64,000 nt of DNA from Dimorphilus gyrociliatus (taxonomy: Eukaryota > Animalia > Annelida), in NCBI GenBank assembly GCA_904063045.1, contig CAJFCJ010000019.1:372001-436000 (forward strand), written 5' to 3'. The notes beneath the pieces are model-generated. The model saw nothing but the letters and a program-made list of their open reading frames with translations, was not told where the DNA came from and did no database searches. The position numbers and the translations under genes were made by a program. Every line of letters starts with the position of its first letter. Within the stretch, counting starts at the first letter, position 1. Positions 12,851 to 24,283 of the stretch are shown here, one piece after another.

Positions 12851-15080
12851 CTAGTCAAGAAAATTAAAAGAAAGTTTCTCTTTTTTTCTACTGGACAGTA
12901 TTTTTTGCCGATATAAAAAAAAATGCTATTTGTCATTTATAAACAGTGCATATATGTATTTATTTATAAATGTATATTTTCCAGACAGTATAAGCATATG
13001 TGTGCTATAATTATTTTATATTCATATATATATATATATATATATATATGTATACTTATATACATGTTTATTCTGTGCATCTTTTCATTTTAAAGTGGCT
13101 GTAATAAAAATATACACGATATATTCTTTATCTTAATTACTAGTTTACGGAGTTTTTTTTCCTGGAAGGAAAACGATAAACGTAGCCTTTTAAATAATAA
13201 TTAAAGGAGGCGACTTAAACATGCGCTGTCATCACGTGACCTGTCACTATGGCGACGTTCACGCGGAGAGGCGATTGGCTCAATTATTCGACCGATTATT
13301 GTTTTAGCGGCAACATCAATACAGGCGACTTTGGCAATCTCTTTATGTAAAAACCATTGGTGGTTCTATTCATTTGTTCTTTCTTTCCTTTCCATCTTCT
13401 ATCAAACCCTTTTTTATGTTAATAAAACAAATTCCAGTCTGTCTTTCTTTTTTTATAAGACGAAATTGTAAGCGGCTAATTAACGATCAACATCAAACAG
13501 AATGATATGAAAATGAATAAAAAGAGGACAAGGTGTAGAATGACATATAAAAGCGAAAATATATTAGGAAAAACCGTCTCGAATTATTCTTATCGATCCA
13601 ACAATTTATCTTCGGTACTTTTCGACGATGCGAAAAAGCAGCCAGTATAATTTATAGGTTTATATAAAAGGCGTATATATATATATATATATATATGTAT
13701 ATTTGTATGTACAAATATTTCATCCATTTAAGAAATACATATGTTTATACTGAGGGTTTATCAATGAATATGAAAAATGTATTGCTATGAGTTTTATTAA
13801 AGGAAAGAGCTGGAATCAAAGACACATAAAACGTGTTTTTTAATGGATTATTATATACAAATTATACACAAGACATACACAGCGTATGGAGAGGAATCGT
13901 AGATTAAACTTGCACAAGTATATTTATTTGAAGGATCGCAATAATAGCTAGCGAACGTAAACTGACTAAACACTCGAGTAAAAGAGCAAATAGATTTAAA
14001 AGTGGTTCCCACCAACTGGTGCTTTCAATTTGTGCCATCATTTCTCGCTCTCGCGCCTTTACCGCCCTCAGGCGAATCCCTTATCAGACGTCACCTAGTC
14101 GTAAAGCGTTACTGATTACTTACACGTGACAATTCCCGAGAAAGGAGCGTCGAAAAATTCCAAAATCCGGCCGGTCATAGGCGCAAGGTTAGGAAACGAT
14201 ATAAAAACGTCCTCGGGCTTCAGAGACGTTTTTTTATAGAAACAAAATATCATTTTGGCCCGCGGGCAATAAGTGCAAGTTGCCGAAAACAAGCCGAAGC
14301 GGACAGATAAGAAAGGTTTGAAGATGAGCTAGATAACAGACGCTTATCGGTCGGACGCGTTTTGTGAGAAAAACTTCCGCCAACTAGGATCCGCTCATTG
14401 ACAGAATGCAGAATTCAGAGTTTGCGACGGAAAGTCGCGTGTCAAGTCGGTTGCACAGTATCAAAACCGTCAAGGGCGTAACGCCAAGGAATATTTGGTT
14501 TGGCTGCCAGTTCTATTGACGGAATGTAATTGGATGAGAAGCGCCAATTCCAGACTTTCGCAGCAGCAGGTCACTATCTTACGTCATTTAACAGAGATTG
14601 GCCGTTCCGGGGAATTTCTTCCAGTCTTGCGATGCAAACTAACAAAATAAGTCAATAAAGGAAATAAAATGACTTATTAACGATAAGCTTTCGATTAAAT
14701 TTCACTCGGCTTTCCGCCCGACATGCGTTAATCGGTTAATGCGCGTATACATTATACGTATATATCAATTTAATACACTCTTCTTATGTACATTGTATAA
14801 AGGGATAAAAGCGATCGGCCAACTGATAAATGCAATTGCGTGGTCAGCGAGTGGTCAAGTGACTCCCGCAGAGAACAAGGCAGATAACGGAAAAATCACT
14901 TTCGTATGCTTTATATACATATTATACTATTTTCTTCACTCTGCACTTTAAAACTATAAACATTGTTGTCTATATCAAGAATTGAAACATGATAAAAAAA
15001 ACAAGTTATGTAACATAAATATAGCTATAAACTTTTCTGAAAGTGTCAAATAGGATTCGTTGAGCGAATCGGCAATGCCA

Positions 15081-17312
15081 CTATGACGTCATATCCGCTA
15101 AAGCTTCCTTAGCTTTATTCTTGCTTTCAATTTCCTTTGCCTCTTTATCCAATAGATATTCATGCCATTTTTTATCGCGCAACTTTCTTTCTTCATCTGT
15201 TTCTTTAATAGCATATTTTGTGCGACCGTCCCATCTCTCGGCTTTCAGCTGCCTGGACGCGTACCATCTCCCGTGTAAATTTTCAATGCACTTATCAGCG
15301 GATTCGAATTCTTTAAAGTATACTTGAACGACGCCTTCAGGGTGTCTATCATGGAGTACAACTTTTTGAAGATTATCAAACTTTTCACACTCTTCTCGCA
15401 TATCTCGCTTGATTTCATCGATTAAAATGGGATTCGTCTGCAAGATCATACGAAGGAACGTTAGTTATGTATGTAGTAGAATAGGGTCGCGCCCTTGGAT
15501 AAGCCCGGTTGCGGTTAAAGGTGCCTGTCACAACACGTAGAGTAAAAACGGACCCCCCGAGGCACGTCCGTGCCCACTTGAGCCCCATCAACGCCCATAT
15601 TTGGACGTCGCATTATATGAGCATGGTCACAGTATTAACCTACTTTCTACCAAATCGTCAGGGAAACGAAATCTGCAATGTATTACGATACGAAACTAAT
15701 AAGAAACGCCTTTCTTTAAGAACGAGACGTTAATTTATTGCAAAGCGTCGAGTGGACAGGGGCGATGACGTTTGACGGCTGCGTTACGGCCCTTAAACTC
15801 ATATAAAGAAGCCAACAAAGAGGCTCGTACGCGTTATCTTCGCTGTATGTCAGACGATGAAAGACCAAACGTTGATTAGATACTAATTGCAGGCGCGCAA
15901 CTGCGCCCCCGCCCTCACCTGTTCGCTTATGCATCAAGGCTGCAGTTCTTTCCGTTTAAATAAATTATACAATCTTTTTTCATTCAACTTAAGAAAGAAA
16001 ACTTTCAAACCTCAAATTGCTTTGGATCAAAGACGTTCTGTAAAATTACAATCTTTTCATTCTTGGATCTTTCTCCTAAAAGCTTTTCCGGTTGCCAAGC
16101 CAACAATCTGTAAGAAAGTGATTAGTATTCATGAAAAGAAATATTCTACTTTAGCTGATACATACTTTTCTTCTTTCAATTTCATTTTCTTCTTCTCTTT
16201 GTTTGTTAACTTTCTTCTCTTTTTTGTTGGGTCATATTCTCCTTTTAACTCAAACTTGGCCTTCTCGACTGATATTTTATAACCTCTAATATCTGACCCA
16301 TCCAATATTTGTAAAGCTAAATCTACAGATTCACTCTGTTGGGGAACAGTTGTTTAAGTGAATATAATGCGCCATCTATCATCGTAAATAGAAACTAACT
16401 TTTATATAGCAACAACGCCCATCTCCTTTTGGATTACCTTCGTCGTCTTTATACAGTTTTAGCTTAGGTTTATTAGTTAAAGGATCGAATTGGATAAGGC
16501 CAACTTTCTTCATAAAATTTTCAAACTCATCAAATGTTACATCAAATGGCAATCCAGCAACGTAAACTGTACAATTTTTACCTTCATCAACATCGAACCA
16601 ACCTATAAGCACAAAAGTATGTAAGTAATTAAGACAGAATGTTATTGATAACCTTACCTTCAGTCTTATTTTCCTCAACAGGTTTTTTATCGCCTTTTTT
16701 CTCAGTTTTAGCACTTTGTTGATTCTTTTTTTTATCTTCTGCTTTCGCTTCATTTAACGCCGTTCCTGGATTTACATAGGCCGCATACCATTCCCAATAA
16801 CTTAGTTTATCCTTCTCATCCACGGTTGGAAGGTAAGTGTCCGTATAATATTTATAATAGTGTGCATGATGATAATCTGTTTCTTGTTTATTCGCTTCGC
16901 CTCCGCTTTGATTATCAGTTTTATTATAAAATATGTCTAAGTATTTATTGTATGCTTGAGACATTTCCTTCGAATCGAATGTTGATTCAGTACTTGTGCT
17001 TCCACTGGAAGTTTGGTAATTTTGATTGTACCATTGGTAGAAATGGCTGTAGTCTGTTGTAGTAGGATTTGCGGTCGTTGCTGTAGTAGTCACACAGGAG
17101 GTTGAAGAAGTAACATTACATCCATAGTTTAACTGATATTGTGCTAAAAAATCGGCGTCGATCTTTGGGAACCAAGCTTCTTTGACTGGATCCCATTCGA
17201 AAACAGTGCCATCATCATCGGTTCTCGTTTTAGCATGGCCTTTTTTTTCAGACTCTTCGTAGATTTTTTGCAGGCGAATTTGTTCTTCAAAATCCTCGTC
17301 GCTGTCCCCCAT
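15081..17312 (-). CDS. HTATSF1: HIV Tat-specific factor 1 / Cus2 / barricade (U2 snRNP factor, RRM + UHM)
   Basis: DDDGTVFEWDPVKEAWFPKIDADFLAQYQLNYG, RRM1 VYVAGLPFDVTFDEF...KLKLYKDDEGNPKGDGRCCYIK, and UHM KIVILQNVFDP...IKRDMREECEKF...HPEGVVQVYF...LHGRWYASRQLKAERWDG. Confidence 0.95.
16369..16382 (-). promoter_or_regulatory. CTCF-like motif in an HTATSF1 intron
   Basis: Minus strand ATGATAGATGGCGC versus CTCF core CCACTAGATGGCGC. Confidence 0.4.
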
Positions 17313-17749
17313 TGCTATCGATACCTCTTTTATCGTTCTCTTAAGTTTTAAAGAAATAGGTATGTATAACTTGAAATAAGGTGAAAACTAAATATCAAAT
17401 GAAGTGTAGTTTCGATTAAATTTCTTGTGCTTTGAAGATATTGTTTATTTCAGTACTTTAATAAGAAACCTCAATGATCAACGATTCATAAACGTTAATT
17501 TGTTTTCAAAGTTTTCAGATGTATTATTTCTATGAGAAAACAATAATGGAATGTTTTGTCAATCTGTATGCGCCATTTTGAAAGTTTTCTTTTGTCATTA
17601 CCTTCATGTTTGTTTCGAATCATATTCGATTTAGATTCGATATCCAAGGCATTCCTACATTTACTATTATTAAAAATCGTGCTAACGGCACTCTTCTAAG
17701 AACATCATTTTGTACTTCTTCTTGAAAAGGTGTTTTTGCTATTCCTGAC

Positions 17750-18469
17750 ATGAAGAGGATTTGCAGTCCGTATAGATTACTGATATATTCGGTAACGATG
17801 TTTATTTTATTCCTCATTTATTTGTCTCTCAAACCATCATCCGCTCGAAATGCGTGGTATACAAGAAAAGCCAAGTGCAGTTATCCATCATCTCATACTC
17901 AGGACCTTGTTAGTCTAGCAAAAAAAATTAAATTAACTTTAGAAAAGACTGATATTGAATTTTTTTTATGCTATGGATCATTGTGGGGTGCTATACGGAT
18001 AAAGCGTCAACTACCTTGGGATAAAAACTTAGATTTTTGCATTATGAACGAAGACTTAACAAAAATTGAAGAAGCTACAATATACAGAGCTTTTCGTCAT
18101 ACAGGTGTTACAGTGAGTTATAATCCCAAAGAGGGAGAATATACAGCATACTTTCAGTCGGCGACTGCTTCTCTCACAGTCTTTCAGCTATCTGAAGATT
18201 ATGCATCCCTTGAAAGAATAGGTTGGAGTCATAAATTATTTAAAAATTCTCCTGGTCAACAATTTCCAAGTAGACTGGCTGCTCCACCATTACCATTCAT
18301 AAAGTTTTTTAATGAATCAATGCCTGTTCCCAAGTAAGACTTATTTTTATAAATATATGATTATTTAAGATACTAATATTTCTTAATATATAACAGAGGT
18401 GATATTGAAATTCAAAAATTTCTCTATCCGGACAATTGGTTTCGCGAAATGAAACCTCCAGGATGTTAA
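17750..18469 (+). CDS. LicD/fukutin/FKRP-like nucleotidyltransferase-fold type II membrane protein (2 exons)
   Basis: N-terminal signal anchor, FLCYGSLWGAIR...LPWDKNLDF motif, and exon 2 PRGDIEIQKFLYPDNWFREMKPPGC*. Confidence 0.8.
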
Positions 18470-19073
18470 ACTGATTTGTCACTACAACAAGATCTGTTTT
18501 CTTCACTAAGTGAATATTTTATAACTATATTTAACCAACACTGTTTAACTTGTATTGCATAATCTTTGATATAGCAATCATTGGTACTGAAAAACTGTGT
18601 AAAAAGTATTTACAAACAAATGTAAAAAGGTTATTCAATAAACATGAAATCAAATTGAAAAAAAGAAAACGCATAATATTTTTCTTTCGTTATGACAAAA
18701 ACTTTTAATGAGTTTTTTCTTTTTATAATAAGATTTATATAATTTAACTTTTTTTCTTTTTAAAGGATTTTTAAAATATCTGCAGAAAGAAAGAAAAGAA
18801 AAAAGATACCTTTTTCTTTTTTTGTTTTCATTTTTCGCATTTGCAGTTTTAGATTTAAACAAAGAAAATAAAACAAAATATAACAAACAATACAATTAAA
18901 GCAATAAAATTAATGTTTTATTTTTCCTAATTTGAAAAACTATAGAATATTTGGTACAAGTGTGATAATTATGAATACTGACTGCATGTAAAGCTTTTGA
19001 ATGGCGAATTTGAATATTACATATAAAATAATACGTGGCAAGGCGACGGTTGCACCGGGGAACTATTAATTAA

Positions 19074-21031
19074 TTAGTCGAAGAACTCGTCTTTTTCCGT
19101 ATTTTTTTTACCAGTTGCGCTAAAATTCTGCTTCCTTTGAAAAGCGTAATCGAAACTGTCAGCCGTGCTTGCTGACAAACCAGACATTCTTGCTTTGCGT
19201 TCGGCACTCCCTCGAACCGCCGTTAGCTGTTTGTGTGGGCTTTCTCTACCTGAATAAATTCTCTCTGACATATCAGCTGTATTAGCCTCGCCGTCGAGCC
19301 ACGAGTCGTCTATGAATAAATTATGTAAATTATACACAAGTGTAACCACAAAGTGAAAAGCTTACTATCATCGTTGTTATACTGTTCGTCCTTTTCTACT
19401 TCATTGTAATCCATTCCGCCGCCTTCCTCTATTTCTTTTTGCTTCTTTGCTCTTTCTAAAGCTCTCTTGGCTCGTTCTTCTCTAGCCCTTTTCTTTTCTT
19501 CCTGTTGACGACGTTTTGCCTCTCGGTTTTTATCTGCTGATTTAAGTTTTTCTTCTATTTCTTGAGCTTTTTCGGTGTTGCTATGATCGAATTCCTTGGC
19601 TTGTTGAAGGGCTAATCTCTTTTTAGAAGTTTTCCTACTCTTTTGTTTAATCTTTTCCAATTGCTAGAAAAAGAACGAAAATGTTTATAGAGTCAACAAG
19701 TAAATTCAATTATTCTCAGGCACGCACCTTTTGACGTTTCTCTTCTGCAATTCGTTGCTTTTCTTCCAATTCACTGGCCGTTAGCTTAGGAGCATCGGCA
19801 AGAGGGTCTAATTGCAATCTCTAAGTATACGTACGAATGTTATCAGTCTTTTATGATGTTAAAACTTTAAAATTACCTGAAGTCTCCTAGGTGGTTTTTT
19901 GAGTAAGTTATCAATGCGATCCTGGCCATCAAGTGAAACGCAAAAAGCTACCGGTTTGTTAACTGAAAGAAGACGGTATCATTAAAACTGATCACGAACA
20001 GTGAGAGAAGTCTGTATAAATTGCAAATCGATAAGCTTTTAAACAGAATAAACCTAGTTAATTGTGGTTGCGGTTGGTGACGTAGACTTTATTAAGGAAT
20101 AAAGAAAGCATTGCTGAGTAAATATTTCCTTAATAAATTATAAATTCACAACTCCTTACGACTGTTATGTAGTTGACAATTAAAAGCTTTAAAACTTGTT
20201 TAAAGTATAAATAAATCAGGATCACTTTTTAAGTCTACGAGAGTGAATGTCCCTTTAATATCTCTCTTCGGTAAAGGCATTAAAATATACAGTATATACT
20301 ATTATATTTATTATCTTTGTATTGAGATATGCACTTATATATTATTTTATAAAGGGAGATTATTCTGGTATTAAATAATTATTGTTATTTGGAAATCAAC
20401 TTCTTTTGAGTTTGAACAGATATAAAAGGCTTAATAGCTTTACTTGTATAAAGTATATTTAATTGTTCTAATATAATTTTAATCAAGGAGAGAGTTTATA
20501 CAAGCTGATGTACAGTTATTAAATGGATCATCTGAATAATGTAAACGTCTAGTTGAAAGAGAAACAGGCAGACTAAGAGAGAAAGAGAGAAAGAGAAGAG
20601 AAAGCGAAATATAAGATGTGAGTAGTAAATTATCTTAAGATTAAAAGTAATCTTTTTTCTGGCGATTTTTTTGTACTCATGTATACCTTTCGTCAAAGAA
20701 TGTTTTCTTATAGCTACAAGAACAGGTGTAGTCCGATAAAACATTTGTTAAGGTTTGCTTATGGAAATATTCTTATCGATTAGAAATAAATCGATATTTA
20801 ACAACCTAGAACTTTTTTAAAAAACTTACGAGGTAAGACAGGTAATTCGGATTGTTCCAACGATGGTTGAACTTTTGCAGATCTTCTACTACCTGAACTT
20901 GGCTTGCTGATTGTTCCATTTTTATGTTCCTTTTCTGACTCTTTATTTTCTTGAACGTTTTCTTTCTCATCATCATTCTTTTTGTTTTGTTCATTTTCAA
21001 CTTCTGCTTGGGCAGACGCGCCACAGCCCAT
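19074..21031 (-). CDS. Stathmin-domain protein (STMND1-like) with N-terminal acylation motif
   Basis: MGCGAS N-terminus. Spliced internal exons AFCVSLDGQDRIDNLLKKPPRRLQ|RLQLDPLADAPKLTASELEEKQRIAEEKRQK| then coiled coil IEEKLKSADKNRE...RAREERAKRA (stathmin KKPPxRL and EEKxxxAEExR motifs). Confidence 0.7.
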
Positions 21032-21935
21032 TTCCTTCTATACGGATAGAGTTTATTAACTGCAATCCCTTTTTAATCTTTTTTAATAGCCCTTGAATAA
21101 GCTCTTAGTGATGAACAAAGTCCAGATTATAAAAAATTGCTGACAATTATAATTCTCTATTTTTCAGCAAAATAGTTTAATACGAAATCTGAAAAGAAAC
21201 ATGTTTGCAGAGTGTCAACTGATCGATTAGTATTTAGAACTCTACATGACTTGTAAACATAAATGGTCTGTCAAGTCCACAACGTACTTGGCAAACCATT
21301 GATCCACGTGAGAAAAAGTTTGTTATATATTTTCTCTCTTGTGTACAATCAACTCTAATTAATTAGTATCTTTCTTAAGCTGTTTATATTTACCTGTTTT
21401 TTCTATTCTATTGGTATTGGAATAGAGTTTACATTTTCATTAGAAATGACGTCGAAAAAATTCTTCGACACTCAGATAATGCAGGAATGTGTGTGATCGG
21501 CGCGCCATGGCGACTAGTATAAACAGTAGAGGGCGTCGTTTTAATAATATATAAAATTTCTATTAATTTGTTTTTGAAGAATAAAAATTTTTACAATATA
21601 AAATAGATTACAAAATCATTTTTGTATTTTATACGAAAACTATGCTTAGCTATTGACTTCCGGTGTACCAAAACTGATTGTTACAATTATTTCGATTTTT
21701 AACATGAATGAGTTATGAGCCTAAACGAAAGAGGGAAATTGCCTCAGACTATTCAGAGGAAGCAACTTGTTAAATAATTGCTTTCTTAAACAAATTACTT
21801 TCAAATTATTCCCTTACACATGATTCGTAATTGAATTCATAAAAATTCCATTTACAAAAATAAAAATCACCTATAACTTCCGCTTCAATAAAGCTGTAAA
21901 TTTAGATTTATTAGTTTCTGGGATATTTTTGACTT

Positions 21936-22892
21936 TTACATCATCATTGGTATTCCTCCCATCATACTCGGCGTTCTCATAGGAATATTCATGGGCATTT
22001 GCATACTTTGAGCCATTGGCCCCATTGACATCATCATGCTAGGGCTTCTCATTGGCATACCCATCATACTGGGAGTTTGCATTCCACCCATCATACTTGC
22101 GGTCCTCATAGGCATGCCTCCACCCATCATCCCTGGACCTGCCATCATACCGGCTCCCCCCATTGGCATACCCCCTCCCATCATTCCATGAGTCCCCATT
22201 TGCATCATGCCACCCATATTGTTCATCATACTTGGAGTTCTCATAGGCATACCGCCTCCCACGCCACCCATTCCTCCCATCATACTGGGTGTTCTCATAG
22301 GCATACCCCCTCCCATACTACCCATTCCTCCCATCATACTTGGCGTCCTCATAGGCATACCTGAACCCATTGCCCCCATCATACTTTGAGTTCTAGCAGG
22401 CCCCATCATACTTGGGGTTCTTCTAGTCACGCCACCACCCATCATACTCGGTGTTCTGTTGGGTGGGCCGCCAATCATGTTAGGTGTCATGGCAACAGAG
22501 CCTCCACTTATCAATTACATAAAACAAAGTTATACATAAAATATTGAACGGGAGAGCCATTATATCGATTATTCTTTTGTTTTAGCTTACCTATGGATAT
22601 ACGACGTGGCTCTACCAGCTCTAGTGCTTGTTATTGACGGTTGTGTGTTCTGGCTAATTACACCCATTGAAAATTCAGCATCTATTTTTGATTGTTGATA
22701 CTTCCTAATAGCTCTAATTAATAAATAAGTAACTGCATACCCAAAAAGTGCCACGCCAACTGAACTAGATAAAACGATAGCTAGAGAAGCAGCTTCAGAA
22801 AGTTCGTCATCTTCTAAGTCATTAGTATTTCCGTTATCACATAAAAGGGCAGTAAAACTTTGGCATAGTATATAAAGACTAATTAAAAACAT
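21936..22892 (-). CDS. Orphan single-pass membrane protein with Met/Gly/Pro-rich repeat cytoplasmic tail (2 exons)
   Basis: Signal peptide MFLISLYILCQSFTALLC, acidic ectodomain and TM (LAIVLSSSVGVALFGYAVTYLLI). A phase-2 GT-AG intron (22590-22507) joins in frame to a tail with 10 copies of [RQ][TS][PQA]SMM. Confidence 0.75.
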
Positions 22893-23179
22893 TACTTAAT
22901 AGACAATTATTTCGGTAGTATATTGCTTATGTTTGTAAGTAGTTCATTATATAGAAAAATATCTTTAAAATATATTTATTATATAATAATTATTCAATAA
23001 CATCTCCATTAACACATTCTCCAGTCTTTTATCAAGTAAGAAAATATTTAAAAATTAATATATATCATTTTTAAACGTGTAATAAAAATATGAATAATTC
23101 TACAAATTCTAAAAGTAAAATCTAGTGTAGAATACCTAAAGAAACAAGAATGTTTGAACAAGTAACAAAGCAAATATAC

Positions 23180-23210
<31 letters not shown>

Positions 23211-23334
23211 CGTTAATAAAATTGATGAGCTGTCTAATAATGGTAATGAATTTCAGCAAATTAATCAGTTGAATAATAAATAGTAATGTATAATAAATTG
23301 ATTAAATTTCAATATATTAAAACTAATAAAACTT

Positions 23335-23751
23335 CTATCTGTTTATATCTTTATAGCTTCTTACCCAAGATAATGGGACTAAGCCACTTGCACTTTTACC
23401 GTGCAATTCTCGACCTATGGCACTTTTTTCCTTATTTCTTTTCCTACGTTTACGTTTCTTCCGTTTTCTTTTATGTCTAACATTATCTATTCGGCTAATT
23501 GATTTTTCACTCTGAATTCTTGCACTTAATTTACTTGCTGCTGCTATACTAAAATTACTCTTTGATATAACACTAATATCATTGAAATATTCAGTTAAGT
23601 CTTTAGCTTGTTGTTTTTGTAATATTAGTATTAATATTGCTGATATAAACAATCCAACAAGAAATAATATGATTGTCAAACATAATATTTTAATTATTCT
23701 ATCACTTGAAAATAAATTAACTGGTATTTCTGATAGAAAATTCTCGGCCAT
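23335..23751 (-). CDS. Orphan protein with one N-terminal TM helix and a polybasic stretch; 3' end uncertain
   Basis: ATG in good context (AAAAAATGGCCG), hydrophobic segment ILCLTIILFLVGLFISAILILIL, and KRKRKKRKRRKRNKEK. A strong donor (TGG|GTAAGA) near 23364 suggests another exon that I did not find. Confidence 0.5.
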   Translation of the reverse strand: MAENFLSEIPVNLFSSDRIIKILCLTIILFLVGLFISAILILILQKQQAKDLTEYFNDISVISKSNFSIAAASKLSARIQSEKSISRIDNVRHKRKRKKRKRRKRNKEKSAIGRELHGKSASGLVPLSWVRSYKDINR

Positions 23752-23841
23752 TTTTTGTTTTCGTTAAGTACTTTCAAAAAAGTCTTACGATGTTTTTATA
23801 ACTTAGATAAAAATCAAATTCTTTTTTAAATATATTCATAT

Positions 23842-23855
23842 CCGCTAGATGTCGT
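23842..23855 (+). promoter_or_regulatory. CTCF-like motif between the orphan TM gene and the BHMT 3' end
   Basis: CCGCTAGATGTCGT (12/14 to CCGCTAGATGGCGC), isolated in very AT-rich DNA. Confidence 0.55.
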
Positions 23856-24283
23856 ATTTATTATATTTAATATATCTATGTATACAATCTATATTTTTCT
23901 TTCCTTTGTAAAGTCGTCTTATCCCCTCTATCTTTTACCTTCTAAGAAATGTCTTCTAAAGGCAAATCTATTGAAAAATATTTAATTTTATATGAGTATA
24001 TAGGCCTTACTAAACCTATATCTTTTCAAATACATTATATCCGAAAAATAAGACACCCAACTGTTAGCAAACACTTCTCAGTAAGTTTTATAATCAACCA
24101 TGACCTAGTTTAATCAAATCCTCAAAAAGTACGCTTATAAAAAAAGACGGAGCAATTTATTTAAATGGACGACATTTTATTGAAAAAGAAAAAGATTTTA
24201 TAATCAAAAGTTTTCATTCGACATGTTCAAAATATCATCAAGTCTATGTCTGTTAATTAAATGAAAATTAACCCATATCTAGT

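Noticed and set aside
15509-15937. ORFs 15509..15733 (+) and 15716..15937 (-) in the HTATSF1 intron
   Set aside because: No recognisable protein motif or consistent splice frame. Short ORFs are expected in GC-richer DNA.
22077-22389. His-rich and PPIIL-repeat ORFs on the plus strand
   Set aside because: They are antisense shadows of the Met/Gly-rich repeat exon. Most other 60-100 aa opposite-strand ORFs over real genes were rejected for the same reason.
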